A stretch of DNA of 64,000 bases. It comes from Geopsychrobacteraceae bacterium (GTDB lineage Bacteria; Desulfobacterota; Desulfuromonadia; Desulfuromonadales; Geopsychrobacteraceae). Below are positions 32,356 through 43,115 of this stretch, piece by piece (positions within the stretch are counted from its first letter, which is position 1; each line of letters opens with the position of its first letter). The notes under the pieces were generated by a model that searched no databases, was not told the DNA's origin, and saw only the letters and a list, made by a program, of their open reading frames with translations. The translations under genes and the position numbers were made by a program. The stretch lies in assembly GCA_963662315.1 (NCBI GenBank), contig OY759353.1, forward strand, positions 4,416,001 to 4,480,000. Reading direction: 5' to 3'.

Positions 32356-33369
32356 TTAGTTCATACCTTGAGATGCCAGGTATTTTTGCAGGGCATCATA
32401 GTACATCTTGCCGATTTCAGATTTTTTGGCAGTTTCTTCCCAGATTTCACGTGCAAACCCGCGAACTTTGGCTTTTTCTTCATCGCTCCATGCGATCGGC
32501 TCAATGCCTTTTTTGACGGCGTCGCTGTAAGCGATACGGTCTTCGTAGTGAGGACGCAGCATTGAGTCGAGAGCCATACCTTTGAAGAACATCTGCATGA
32601 AAATCTGATCATTTTCTGGCAGAGCGTTCCACTCTTGAAGGTTCATGATGATATGAACGGTCGGTGAGGAGTGGATACCTGGGTAGATCGGGTATTTGGC
32701 GATATCCAGAACACCAGTTTTGAAGTTACCGGAGAAGGTGGTGTAGTCAGCAGCGTCGATAACGCCTTTTTCCAGCGCGGTATAAACTTCGGAGCTGGGC
32801 AGACCTACCGGAGCAGCACCCATTTTAGCGAACAGTTTGTGGATCGGACCGGATGGAGCACGCATTTTGACGCCTTTGAAGTCGTCAACACCTTTGAGAG
32901 GCTTTTTCGATGGCAGTGATTCGGCACCGGTCATGACAACGCCGATCAGTTTGGCACCGTAAGCGTTGAAGATTTTATCAACAACTTCCATACCACCACC
33001 GAAGTAGTAGAATTTGAACATGTCTTCGTCGGTATTCCAGGCACTGATGGTATCACCGATCAGACCGAAACCTGCGTCATCACCTGAATACCATGCTGAG
33101 GTAGAAACAGCACCGTCGATGATTTTGTTACGGACGCCAGTCAGCAGGTCAGATGACTTAACAACAGCATCAAGAGGCAGGAGGTCGATACGAATACGAC
33201 CATTAGAAGCTTTTTCGACAGCGTCAGTCCACTTTTTCTGAACTTCGTACGAGGGTTCACCGGCGGCATTGGTGCTGGCGAATTTGAGAGTGAGTGGCGC
33301 TGCAAACGCACTGGATGCAATCATGCAGAACGACAGGATCAGCAAGCTCACCTTTGACAACTTCTTCAT
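32356..33369 (-). CDS. dctP: TRAP substrate-binding protein (DctP family)
   Basis: Signal peptide; DFKGVKMR, EVYTALEKGVIDA. Confidence 0.92.
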   Translation of the reverse strand: MKKLSKVSLLILSFCMIASSAFAAPLTLKFASTNAAGEPSYEVQKKWTDAVEKASNGRIRIDLLPLDAVVKSSDLLTGVRNKIIDGAVSTSAWYSGDDAGFGLIGDTISAWNTDEDMFKFYYFGGGMEVVDKIFNAYGAKLIGVVMTGAESLPSKKPLKGVDDFKGVKMRAPSGPIHKLFAKMGAAPVGLPSSEVYTALEKGVIDAADYTTFSGNFKTGVLDIAKYPIYPGIHSSPTVHIIMNLQEWNALPENDQIFMQMFFKGMALDSMLRPHYEDRIAYSDAVKKGIEPIAWSDEEKAKVRGFAREIWEETAKKSEIGKMYYDALQKYLASQGMN

Positions 33370-33425
33370 CTTCGTCTCCTTTGTGTGTGTGACCAGTTAT
33401 TGAGTAAAACAGGCAGGTCAGTCGA

Positions 33426-34190
33426 TTAAACTGCTGCCAACATTCCACCATCTACGAATACCAGATGGCCATTAACAAAATCAGAAGCTTTGGAACTTAA
33501 GAATACGGCTGCCCCGATGAGTTCTTCCGGGTTACCCCAGCGGTTAGCCGGTGTCCGGTTGCACAGCCAAGCAGTAAATTCTTCATTTTCGACCAGGGCT
33601 TTGGTCATTTCGCTTTTGAAGTATCCGGGAGCGATGCCATTGACCTGGATATTGTAGCGGGCCAGTTCAACACACATGCCGCGGGTCAGCATCTTGACGG
33701 CGCCCTTTGAGGCTGCGTAGGGGGTGATGGTGTCACGACCCAGTTCAGACTGCATGGAGCAGATATTGATGATCTTGCCTGCTTGACGCTTGACCATGTA
33801 TTCACCAACAACCTGAGAAACCAGAAAAACCGATTTCTGGTTAACGTTGATGACCTGATCCCACTCTTCTTCCGGAAACTCAAGGAAGGGGTGACGGCGC
33901 TGAATGCCGGCGTTATTAATAAGGATGTCGATAGGCCCGACCGTGTCCTCTATTGTTTTGACTCCGTCAATAATGGCCTGTTTACTGGTGACGTCAAAGG
34001 CGACAGCAACAGCATCATAGCCTTCTGCCACTAACTCCTGAGCCGCTTTTTCGGCGCGCTCCTGCGTGATGTCGTTGATGACAATGCTGGCGCCATGGGC
34101 TGCCAGACCTTTAGCCAGCAAATTGCCGATTCCCTGGGCAGAACCAGTGATCAGGGCTCTACGATTTTTCAGATCGAAAAGATTTTCCAC
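33426..34190 (-). CDS. idnO: Gluconate 5-dehydrogenase
   Basis: SDR motifs TGSAQGIG, NNAGIQRR, YAASKG, LARYNIQVNGIAPGYF. Confidence 0.9.
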   Translation of the reverse strand: MENLFDLKNRRALITGSAQGIGNLLAKGLAAHGASIVINDITQERAEKAAQELVAEGYDAVAVAFDVTSKQAIIDGVKTIEDTVGPIDILINNAGIQRRHPFLEFPEEEWDQVINVNQKSVFLVSQVVGEYMVKRQAGKIINICSMQSELGRDTITPYAASKGAVKMLTRGMCVELARYNIQVNGIAPGYFKSEMTKALVENEEFTAWLCNRTPANRWGNPEELIGAAVFLSSKASDFVNGHLVFVDGGMLAAV

Positions 34191-34279
34191 TTTAACACTC
34201 CGTCTGGATAAGTATGAAACATACCTGCAGGTGCAGATTTTCTATAAATGCTGCACCTGCAAGTATCAAGAGTAGCAGA

Positions 34280-35323
34280 TCAGTCGAAAGATACCTGGAC
34301 TTTGATCGCTTTAGTTTTGTCGGTGGCCAGTTCAATAGCTTCGACAATATCTTTATAGTTGAAAATTTTGGTCAGCAGGGGACGGGGGTCGACCAGCCCT
34401 TTTTCGAGCCAGCGTACCGCTGTGACATATTCGTTGGTGAAACGGAATGAACCGACGAAACGGATTTCTTTGACCAGGAATTTCGTCAGCGGAAAGTCGA
34501 CCATTCCAGGGCGCATACCAACCTGAACCATGACACCTCCAGCTTTGGTCAGCTCAATGTTACCCTGAATCGCCGGGATCGCACCGGACGCTTCAAAACT
34601 GGCGTCGAAATAACCTTTGCCGGCCTTGAATTGACTCATGTCGTCTGTTGCCGGGTTGTAGGCCGCATCAGCACCCATCAGTAGAGCCAGTTCGCGACTT
34701 TTGTCAACCAGATCGGTTGCCACGATTTCACTGGCACCGGCAGCTTTGCAGGCGGCAATGACCAGACACCCGATTGGGCCAGCGCCGGTAACCAGAACTC
34801 TTTTGCCCAGCAGGCTACCTGCCTGGTTCACAGCGTTAATAGCAACCGCCAGTGGCTCGGTGAAGGCCATAACATCGTCATCAGCATTGTCATCGTAGGG
34901 GATGCACTGATCAGGACGCACAACAACATATTCTGAGAAAGCGCCATCAACGTGAGGGTTAAGCATCGCACTGCCGAAGAAGCGCATATCCAGGCACTGG
35001 TTGCTGCGGCCGCTCAGGCAGTATTCGCAGCTGTTGCAGGGACGACTCGGGTTTACGGCAATTTTCTTCCCGTTGCGCTCATCGTCAGTCACCATGATAC
35101 CGATGACCTCATGCCCCAGAACCATGGGATGTTGTAATTTAAAGTCGCCGACGCCACCTTCCTGGTAATAGTGAATATCTGAACCACAGATGCCGCCACG
35201 AGTAATTTTTACGAGAATTTCTTCGTCTTTGTTGTACTCAACAGTTTTTCTGCCAATGTAAAGATCTTTTTTCCCCTGAACATAACAGGCATCAAAGCTG
35301 ATGGTCTCTTTTGCTGATGTCAT
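34280..35323 (-). CDS. idnD: L-idonate 5-dehydrogenase (Zn-dependent MDR)
   Basis: GGICGSDIHYY, LGHE, CNSCEYC, RFFGSA, GSFRF; adjacent to idnO. Confidence 0.85.
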   Translation of the reverse strand: MTSAKETISFDACYVQGKKDLYIGRKTVEYNKDEEILVKITRGGICGSDIHYYQEGGVGDFKLQHPMVLGHEVIGIMVTDDERNGKKIAVNPSRPCNSCEYCLSGRSNQCLDMRFFGSAMLNPHVDGAFSEYVVVRPDQCIPYDDNADDDVMAFTEPLAVAINAVNQAGSLLGKRVLVTGAGPIGCLVIAACKAAGASEIVATDLVDKSRELALLMGADAAYNPATDDMSQFKAGKGYFDASFEASGAIPAIQGNIELTKAGGVMVQVGMRPGMVDFPLTKFLVKEIRFVGSFRFTNEYVTAVRWLEKGLVDPRPLLTKIFNYKDIVEAIELATDKTKAIKVQVSFD

Positions 35324-35818
35324 AGTGCACCTCGCTAGCAAAGTTGTCTCCTTTTTCCACGATGACCCGTTATCTGAGGCTGTTGTCCGGCAGGAATAAA
35401 CGCTCATGCCGACGGTCGAATCAAAGGACTGGAAACAAAATTAATTCTGTATTATGATCATTACATAATATGATTCTTTTTAAGCTAACTAGGGCTTCAG
35501 GTCAACTTTAAAATTATTTTCTGCACAATCTTTTTGCCTGGTCTTGACTGGTACGCTGGTCTCAATTTTCAAGTAAGGCAATCACGCTGTTTTCTGCGCT
35601 TGATGGCTTTTTTTTAGGCAGATTCTGTAGAGTAAAACATGATCTCCACGCACGGCGAATCGGGTGCTTTTGAACTGGTTTTTCTGCAGTTAGCCGAGTT
35701 GTCATAATTATGTTTGTCGGATGGAACAGTTCTCTGTGAAGGCACAAAAAGCAGATTTCCAGCTTTTTATATGGATGAGCTGTTTGGTAATTTCTTTTTC
35801 AGAAGGATAGGATCTAAG

Positions 35819-37984
35819 ATGGATAAAAAGTTTGCAGATCTCGTCATTGACGAGGAGTATAATTCTTATCGTGAATGTATTCAGGGATTGTCTAATGAGC
35901 CAATTTGTGTTTTGGCCGCCATCAATAAGGCCTGGGATTATGTCCGGGCGCTTGACCCTGCTCTTGATCCGGGTGAAGTTACTCTTGAAGACATCGTCGA
36001 ACGTCTGGTTGCCAATCGTCCACGTATTGCTATTATCACCGGTTCCCTGGATCATCCCGCTCATTTGCGTGATGATATGCATATCAGCCTGGCGACCCTG
36101 CGTATCTGGCACAATGGTGGTCTGCCTTTTGTCTTTGGTATCCCGGTTATCTGTGATGGTACCGCCCAGAGTAATATTGGTCAGAGCTACTCGCTGGCAT
36201 CGCGGAATCATACGGCCACAGCGGTCAATATCACCTTTGAAGGCCATTCTTATCACGCCGCCTATGTCCTTTCCAGTTGTGACAAGTTCCCGGCTGCCGT
36301 GCTTTCCGGTCTGGCTGCTGCTGACGTCGCCCGCTCTCACCCGGAGCGTAAACAGGCTCCGGTCTGGGCTGTCTTTGTTCCGGAACATGTGCTTAAAGGT
36401 GGTTCAATCCCTGCCGGAACCAAAGCTCAACTTGATGCCCTGATGGAGCGTTCCCGCGCTGCCGGACATGCCGATCTGGCCGACGATATTGCGGAAAATA
36501 TGCGCTATATTCTGCAGTGCTCCTCTGGCGAGGCGTTCCTTGGCCAGATGCATCGTGCTGTTCAGCTTGATCTGATTGGTGAGGAAGAGGCACGCGAAAT
36601 TCTGAATGCCCTGGCTGCAGCAACCTGTGACAAAAAGGGTGGGGTGTGCGCTTTCAATGGTACTGGAAACTCATCCCGGACCTTGATTTCGGCCCTTGGC
36701 TTTGCACCGCCTGAAGCGGAATTGCTGATTGATGCACCGGCGCCTGAAATTGTTGCCAAGGCCGTCGATATGTTGTTTAACAGTTTGAATAAGGACGAGC
36801 TGCGCGTTACCAATGTGATTGGGAGAAACTTTAAAAATGCCGTGCGTCTGCATAATACCACCGGTTCTTCTTCCAATATCCTGCTCCACTTGCCGGCCAT
36901 TTTGCGATACGCCGGTTTCGATATTTCTATCCTTGATTATGAAAAAGTGCGTAAAGAGACTCCGGTACCGGAACTGTTTGCTCACAGTCTGACCGACAAT
37001 CGCGATACTTTTGTCCTGGCCCAACAGTTTTTGAAGGGGCAGAATCATGGCATCGACAGTATCTACCGGATTCTGAGTGATCTCGGTATTGCTATGGATC
37101 TTGATGCACCGACCATGACCGGGAAAACCTGGGGTGAGCGGATCACTGCGTTCGAGTCCCCTATCGATCCCGCATTGGGTGATAAGTCAGTAATTCGCAC
37201 CACGCCGGTGCGTCAGACATCCGGTGTAGAGGTTCTGCGTGGCAACTTCATGTCTACCGCTATTGTCAAGCTGGCCGGTATGACCGATCGTCAGCTGGCG
37301 CGCTTTAACGATCAGTTGTTGTTTGTTCGTTATTACGAGAATGAGCATCTGTGTATTGATGAAATTTCTTCACCGAAGCTTCTCGATATGCTGGGCAGCC
37401 TTGTCGAAAAGCAGCCGGAAGTATTGATTAAGTCCATCTTGAAGCACAACTCAAAAGGCGAGTTTACGACATTTGACCGTGCAAACATCTATCAATTGGT
37501 TGCTTCGGGAGCCTTGTCATTTGCTTTTGTTATCGCCGGGCAGGGACCTCGAGCTTTCGGCATGCCGGAAATGTTTGCTCCAGCTCATCACCTGAAGCAT
37601 CACTCGATTCTTGAAGCATCGTCAATCCTGATGACCGATGGCCGTTATTCTGGGGTTACCAAGGGGGCCTGTGTCGGCCACGTGACCCCTGAAGCTTTTG
37701 GCGGCGGTGGTATTGGTTCCCTGGTTGATGGTGATATCCTGCGTTTCAATCTGCATGATCATCGCCTTGACGTTGTTAATGTTGAGGAACTGATGAGCGG
37801 TAGTCTGATCGAATATGCTGAGTTGCCTGATCGTAAGGAGCTGGTTGCCGAGCGTCAGACGGCAATGGTTGAGCGGATGAAGCAGATTGCTGCAAGTAAC
37901 TTGATGAGTGATGTTACCAGTGCAGAAAAAGGGTGTGTTCCGGCTGCTGTTGATATGCGCGCGACCAATCCGTTACCTAAATGA
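35819..37984 (+). CDS. IlvD/Edd-family dehydratase (probably for a sugar acid)
   Basis: VICDG, SCDK, GGVCAFNGTGNS, GMPEM, TDGRYSG, VGHVTPEA; divergent from the idn genes. Confidence 0.8.
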   Translation: MDKKFADLVIDEEYNSYRECIQGLSNEPICVLAAINKAWDYVRALDPALDPGEVTLEDIVERLVANRPRIAIITGSLDHPAHLRDDMHISLATLRIWHNGGLPFVFGIPVICDGTAQSNIGQSYSLASRNHTATAVNITFEGHSYHAAYVLSSCDKFPAAVLSGLAAADVARSHPERKQAPVWAVFVPEHVLKGGSIPAGTKAQLDALMERSRAAGHADLADDIAENMRYILQCSSGEAFLGQMHRAVQLDLIGEEEAREILNALAAATCDKKGGVCAFNGTGNSSRTLISALGFAPPEAELLIDAPAPEIVAKAVDMLFNSLNKDELRVTNVIGRNFKNAVRLHNTTGSSSNILLHLPAILRYAGFDISILDYEKVRKETPVPELFAHSLTDNRDTFVLAQQFLKGQNHGIDSIYRILSDLGIAMDLDAPTMTGKTWGERITAFESPIDPALGDKSVIRTTPVRQTSGVEVLRGNFMSTAIVKLAGMTDRQLARFNDQLLFVRYYENEHLCIDEISSPKLLDMLGSLVEKQPEVLIKSILKHNSKGEFTTFDRANIYQLVASGALSFAFVIAGQGPRAFGMPEMFAPAHHLKHHSILEASSILMTDGRYSGVTKGACVGHVTPEAFGGGGIGSLVDGDILRFNLHDHRLDVVNVEELMSGSLIEYAELPDRKELVAERQTAMVERMKQIAASNLMSDVTSAEKGCVPAAVDMRATNPLPK

Positions 37985-38012
37985 GGTGACGGGTAAGCCG
38001 TAGGCTGTAAGC

Positions 38013-38062
38013 AAAAAGGCCCGTTGAGTTCGATGAATAAATCGGATTCAACGGGCCTTTTT
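38013..38062 (+). terminator. Bidirectional rho-independent terminator
   Basis: AAAAAGGCCCGTTGA...TCAACGGGCCTTTTT. Confidence 0.75.
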
Positions 38063-38158
38063 GTTTACTTTTGTTGACCAGGACAAAAGTAAGGTGCAGT
38101 TCGGGGGCGAGACCCCCTAGGTTTTGGTCTAAGCCTTTGATTATATGAAAACAGAATT

Positions 38159-38568
38159 TTATTCAACTTCGTAGGGTAAATGTTTCCTGATCAGATCTGC
38201 CTCAGCCTGTAACCCGCGTTTTTCCAGTTCTTTAACAAATACCGGCCATGGTGGGATTTTGCTCATGTAGGGTTCCGGGCCGTCAGACATGCCGCCGCCC
38301 GGTGCGCTGGACAGACCGCCACCCGGTTCGGTCGAAAGTCCTCCCCCTGGCCCTGTGTAGAGGCCGCCACCCGGTTCCGTAGACAAGCCACCGCCCGCTC
38401 GGTTGAGAGACCTCCGCCTTCTTTTTCTGACAACCCTCCTCCTGGTGCTGTAGACATGCCGCCACCCGGTTTGGTTGAGGCGCCACAATCGGAGATTGTA
38501 GATAGACCACCTCCCGGACTTTTAGACATACCGCCGCCAGGACCTGTGTATTGATTTCTGTTCCACAT
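38159..38568 (-). pseudogene. Gly-rich octapeptide-repeat protein ([S/Y]TxPGGG[L/M] repeats), 1-nt frameshift near 38397
   Basis: ORFs 38263-38568 and 38159-38488 join into one repeat protein if GAG CG GGC is read as GAG CCG GGC. Confidence 0.7.
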
Positions 38569-38728
38569 TGTTAATATCCTCCATGCTCATCGTTGAATTA
38601 TTGCTGCCATCATAATCGAGAAACATCTTCTGTAATGTGATTCTCATGATATTTATGAATGTTGTAGCTCATAGACAGTGCCGCTAGTGTGGTCTTTTGC
38701 CACTGTGGCTTACCGGTTGTTCTTGTTT

Positions 38729-39361
38729 TTATTCCTCGTAAAGCAAAGCAACTCCAAAGCTGATAAACGACAGGCCCGTCAGCTTGTTGAAAGGATATCG
38801 CGAACTGCTTTTGGCCAGGTAGGGAGCCGTCCTGGCGGCAAGGCAGGCATAAAGCATTAAGACGCAGAATGAAATTCCTTCAATGGTCAATATCAGCGTG
38901 AGAAACTGAGGTAGGAATGCCCTGCCTTGATCGATAAAGTGGGGAAATAAAGCGGTGAAGAAGGCTATGGCTTTCGGGTTGGCAATACCGACATAAAATC
39001 CTTCCTTCAAAACAGCAGGGGAAGATCTATGCTTTTTACGACCAGCTTCCAGATTCGGCAGGTTTTGTTGAGGGGTCTTCCAGGCCTTAAGACCCAGGTA
39101 TACCAGATACCCGCATCCGACCAGCTTTATGGTTGCGAACACAGCGGTGGAGGCAAGAATGATCGCCCCCAACCCCAGAGCCGAGAAGGATGCGAGCATC
39201 ACCATGGCAATAAAGTTACCAATAATATTTGCTGTCGCCACCTTGAATCCGTACTGGAGGCTGTTTTTTACCGTCAGCACCACTGCCGGCCCGGGAATTA
39301 TGACCACCGTGAGGGCCAGGGCGACAAAAAGCGAATAATTATTAATCATAAGCGTAATCAA
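38729..39361 (-). CDS. LysE/RhtB-family exporter
   Basis: IPGP, YLVYLG, NPKAIAFF. Confidence 0.9.
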   Translation of the reverse strand: MITLMINNYSLFVALALTVVIIPGPAVVLTVKNSLQYGFKVATANIIGNFIAMVMLASFSALGLGAIILASTAVFATIKLVGCGYLVYLGLKAWKTPQQNLPNLEAGRKKHRSSPAVLKEGFYVGIANPKAIAFFTALFPHFIDQGRAFLPQFLTLILTIEGISFCVLMLYACLAARTAPYLAKSSSRYPFNKLTGLSFISFGVALLYEE

Positions 39362-39392
39362 TATGGAAAGAGTCAGTTCCTATAACCTTCGT

Positions 39393-39530
39393 TTACCAAT
39401 GCTCAAAATGAATCATGTCCGCAAGGGCTTTCCGGTGCTTTTCTTTTATCTGTGGATTATGAACACTGACAAAGTACCACGGTTGGGTGCGGCGCCTGAT
39501 GCTGCGGCGTTGCGCAATAGCTTTCAGCAT
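39393..39530 (-). pseudogene. Collapsed nitroreductase-like mini-ORF (45 aa)
   Basis: AGGAGG RBS; MLKAIAQRRSIR / QPWYFV / RKALADMIHFEHW resemble the N-terminal, middle and C-terminal nitroreductase motifs. Confidence 0.55.
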
Positions 39531-39696
39531 GGTTCCTCCTGAAGATCTTTTATTCTCATCAGATTAATGTAAAGAGCAGGGTTAATCATCTATTTTTTGT
39601 TTCCTGAGCAGACGGATAATATGTGAACTGAACGTGCTATGCTTAAAACAGGCGTCTCTGAAAGGGTGGTCAATAAATAAGGAAGGGCGTGGTTCT

Positions 39697-40893
39697 ATGG
39701 TCAATTTTGCAGAATTTTTTCTTACCCTTGGAGGCATCTTTCTGCTAGCTCTGCTGACCGACTTGATTGGCCGCAAAACTTTTCTGCCGCGAGTATCACT
39801 ACTGATCCTGCTTGGAGTCATAATCGGCCCTTCGGGCCTGGATATAGTTCCGGTTAATGGCTATGCCTGGTTTCCAGCGGTTGCTGATATGGCCCTGGTC
39901 ATGATCGGATTTCTGGTTGGCGGGCAGTTGACAACGGCTTTTCTCAGATCCTCGGGAAAAGAGGTTCTTCATATCTCTCTGACCATGGTGATTATCACCA
40001 TCGTAATCGTAACGGCAGGATTGATGTTTCTGGGCATGCCACTTGAAGCGGCGCTGTTGCTCGGAGCAATTGCCACGTCAACCGATCCGGCCGCCACGGT
40101 GGACGTCGTCAGCGAAACCAATGCCAAGGGGGCGTTCAGTAATACCCTGATAGGTATTGTCGGGGTTGATGATCTGTGGGGTATTATTTTCTTTACCCTG
40201 GTACTTTCGTTGGTTATGGCCTTTACTCATGCCCAGGGGATCGCTGCCATTGTCGCGACGGGGCTGTGGGATATGGGCGGTGCCATTGTTCTTGGTATCA
40301 GCGTCGGTTTACCCATGGCATTTCTGACGGGCAGGGTGCGATCAGGTGAACCAACCCAGGTAGAAGCCCTCGGTTTTGTGTTTTTATGCGCCGGGCTTGC
40401 TTTCCGGTTGGAGGTATCTTTCCTGTTGTCAGCCATGACCCTGGGAGCCGTTGTCACAAATCTTGCCAGCCACCATAACCGTCCTTTTCATGCGATCGAA
40501 GGGATCGAATGGCCGTTTCTGGCGCTATTCTTTGTGCTGTCCGGAGCCTCTTTGCGACTGGAAACGCTACTTAGTGCCGGCCATATTTTTATTCTTTATG
40601 TTATGTTGCGGATTATTGGCCGCTTCTTTGGGGTCAAATTAGGTGCGGCGTATAGCCATGCTGCGCCTAATATCAGCCGTTACATGTGGCAGGCCCTGCT
40701 TCCGCAAGCCGGAGTTGCACTGGGGATGGCCCTTTTTGCCTGCCAAAGATTCCCGCATCTGCAGGCTACCATTATGCCGGTGGTGATCAGTGGTACAATT
40801 ATTTTTGAACTGATTGGACCGATCATGACCAAACATGCCCTGGTTTACAGTGGCGATGCCGGGCAAGGGGAACGTAAAGAAGCAAGGGACTGA
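39697..40893 (+). CDS. Cation:proton antiporter
   Basis: Multi-TM; ATSTDPAAT, VDD, FFVLSGA, PQAGVALG. Confidence 0.88.
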   Translation: MVNFAEFFLTLGGIFLLALLTDLIGRKTFLPRVSLLILLGVIIGPSGLDIVPVNGYAWFPAVADMALVMIGFLVGGQLTTAFLRSSGKEVLHISLTMVIITIVIVTAGLMFLGMPLEAALLLGAIATSTDPAATVDVVSETNAKGAFSNTLIGIVGVDDLWGIIFFTLVLSLVMAFTHAQGIAAIVATGLWDMGGAIVLGISVGLPMAFLTGRVRSGEPTQVEALGFVFLCAGLAFRLEVSFLLSAMTLGAVVTNLASHHNRPFHAIEGIEWPFLALFFVLSGASLRLETLLSAGHIFILYVMLRIIGRFFGVKLGAAYSHAAPNISRYMWQALLPQAGVALGMALFACQRFPHLQATIMPVVISGTIIFELIGPIMTKHALVYSGDAGQGERKEARD

Positions 40894-41001
40894 AGAAGGG
40901 TGAGTCTAAAAGAAAAATTTGGCAATGTCTGGATTCGGAAATTCAAAAAAAGTGCGAAACCTTGCGGCTTCGCACTTTTTAGTGAATATACTCCGCTCAG
41001 A

Positions 41002-42225
41002 TTATTTAGCAGCGAACTCTTTGACCGCTTTGGCCAGTTCCTGGCTGCGCTGCGTGGCAAGTTCCAGTTCTATTTCGCCTGGCGCACCTTTCCATTCAAT
41101 CGGCTCAACAAATTCCCATTTGAGCTTTTCGGTCAGGGCGGTCAGTTCGCGTTGTGCGCCGCCGGACCAACCGGCAGAGCCGAAGCGCAGGACTTTTTTG
41201 TTCCAGATCTTTTTGCGGCGGAACATGTCGATAACCCAGGCCATAGGGGGGAACATTTCGTATTCATAGGTCGGCATACCAAGGATCAGGCCGGCGGATT
41301 TCCAGGCCGAAGCCAGGATAACGCCAACATGTTCTTCCGGCACGCGATGGACGTGAACCGGCAACCCTTCTTTGCGGACCCCCTGGACAATATTATTGAC
41401 GAGTTTTTCAGTGTTACCGTACATGCTTGACCAGATGACGGTGATTTCCGCTTCGGCCGGGCCGTTGAGGTAGCTGGCAAAACGGGCGTAGGAGTCAATA
41501 ATAGCTTTGGGATTTTCACGCCAGATAATGCCGTGAGACGGGGCGATCGCTTTAATATCAAGCCCTTGCAGTTTTTCGATCCCCTTGGTGACAAAGGTTG
41601 AAAAGCTGGAGACGATGTTGGCGTAGTAGCGCAGGGCTTCGTTGATAAAGAACTCATGCTGGGTTGTGGAGAGCTGGTCATCAAAGTAGACATCATTCAA
41701 AATGCCGTAGGAACCGAAGGCATCGCAGGAAAACAAAGTGCCACTGCTCTGCTCGAAGGTCATCATGGTTTCCGGCCAGTGGATGTTTGGTGTTTCGTAG
41801 AAGGTCAAAACCTTCCCATTGCCAAGGTCCAGCGTGTCGCCATCTTTGACAATGCGGACATTGTTTTCGATGTTGTAAAAACTTTTCAGCAGCGGCGCTG
41901 ATTTGGCAGTCAGGAAAATTTGGACATCGGGGTTTTTCTTGTGGAAGACGGGCAGCCAGCTGTTATGGTCCGGTTCCATGTGATTGATAATCAGGTAATC
42001 AATATCCTGGGCGGTAAGGGAGATAGACTGCATCTCGGCTTCAAATTCAGCCGGTTTGCCGTTAACATCTTCAATCAGATCGATCAAGGCTGTTTTTTCA
42101 CCTTTGACCACGTAGGCGTTGATGGAAATACCGTTGGGCATGGGCCACATGCCTTCAAATAATTGGTAGTTTTCCAGATTGACGGGTAAACAGTGAATTC
42201 CTTCAGTAATTTTAACAGCCTTCAT
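41002..42225 (-). CDS. fprA: Flavodiiron protein (FprA family)
   Basis: NHMEPDH, IHWPETM, FSCDAFG, APSHG; flavodoxin-domain SMYGNT. Confidence 0.92.
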   Translation of the reverse strand: MKAVKITEGIHCLPVNLENYQLFEGMWPMPNGISINAYVVKGEKTALIDLIEDVNGKPAEFEAEMQSISLTAQDIDYLIINHMEPDHNSWLPVFHKKNPDVQIFLTAKSAPLLKSFYNIENNVRIVKDGDTLDLGNGKVLTFYETPNIHWPETMMTFEQSSGTLFSCDAFGSYGILNDVYFDDQLSTTQHEFFINEALRYYANIVSSFSTFVTKGIEKLQGLDIKAIAPSHGIIWRENPKAIIDSYARFASYLNGPAEAEITVIWSSMYGNTEKLVNNIVQGVRKEGLPVHVHRVPEEHVGVILASAWKSAGLILGMPTYEYEMFPPMAWVIDMFRRKKIWNKKVLRFGSAGWSGGAQRELTALTEKLKWEFVEPIEWKGAPGEIELELATQRSQELAKAVKEFAAK

Positions 42226-42254
42226 GTAACCATTTCCTTTTTCGTGTTTTTAGG

Positions 42255-43115
42255 TCAGGGGTCTTCAAGTATTCTTGCCAAGATTGTTTTAAACAGGTTG
42301 CGATACTTGTCCATGTCGGCAAGCGTGTGCAGCTCCTGCAGAGCTTGGGGGATGTCCGGATCATACGCAATCTTGCCGATAAGCGTGCCGCCAAACTCTG
42401 TGATTGTCCTAATAATGCTCTGGTTTATGTCCTTGCTGAATCCTGCTTTGTTGATCAGCGCCAGGTGCGGAATGGAAAACTTGCCAATCAATTCCGCGAG
42501 CCGCCGGTAATCGGACAGGCCGGAAAGGCTTTCTTCAACAACCGCCAGGACCAGATCGTTGCCGGTCAATGAGGAAATGGCCTGACAACTTGTCCCGGGT
42601 GGTCCATCGGTAATAATGTAGGGAATTTCGTTATCTTTTGCAACTGCTGTGGCTTCTCTTCTGATACGCGAAATTAATTTACCACTATTATCTTCACCGG
42701 GAATCAGGTCAGCGTGCACCATGAAGCCGTTATTCAGCTGGCTGACGTACCAGTCTCCGCTTTTGCGTTCGACCATGTTGATGGCCTTGGTCGGGCAGAT
42801 AATTGAGCACAGGGCGCATCCTTCGCAGTCTCCACTGATTATGGGCCTGCCCTGGACCGGTTGCTTGATTGCGGAAAAACGGCACGCAGCGACACAGCGA
42901 CCGCAATTGATACAGCTTTGCGTATTTATTTCAGCAATATTCATACCATGATAGGGACTGCTATGTTGGCGGGAGTGGGGCAGCAGCAGGGGGAGGTTGG
43001 AGGCATTAACATCGGCATCAACGGCAATGACATGATCCATCATTTTGACCAGCGAGGCGGTGATGCTGGTTTTTCCCGCTCCCCCTTTGCCACTTAGTAC
43101 AACAATCTGACGCAT
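42255..43115 (-). CDS. MinD/ParA-like P-loop ATPase with inserted 4Fe-4S ferredoxin domain
   Basis: SGKGGAGKT, CINCGRC...C, CEGCALC...CP, DGPPGTSC. Confidence 0.88.
   Translation of the reverse strand: MRQIVVLSGKGGAGKTSITASLVKMMDHVIAVDADVNASNLPLLLPHSRQHSSPYHGMNIAEINTQSCINCGRCVAACRFSAIKQPVQGRPIISGDCEGCALCSIICPTKAINMVERKSGDWYVSQLNNGFMVHADLIPGEDNSGKLISRIRREATAVAKDNEIPYIITDGPPGTSCQAISSLTGNDLVLAVVEESLSGLSDYRRLAELIGKFSIPHLALINKAGFSKDINQSIIRTITEFGGTLIGKIAYDPDIPQALQELHTLADMDKYRNLFKTILARILEDP

Noticed and set aside
38063..38120. Possible REP-like dispersed repeat (TTACTTTT...AAAAGTAA, GGGGGCGAGACCCCC)
   Set aside because: Only one copy in the window; cannot be supported without a genome-wide search.
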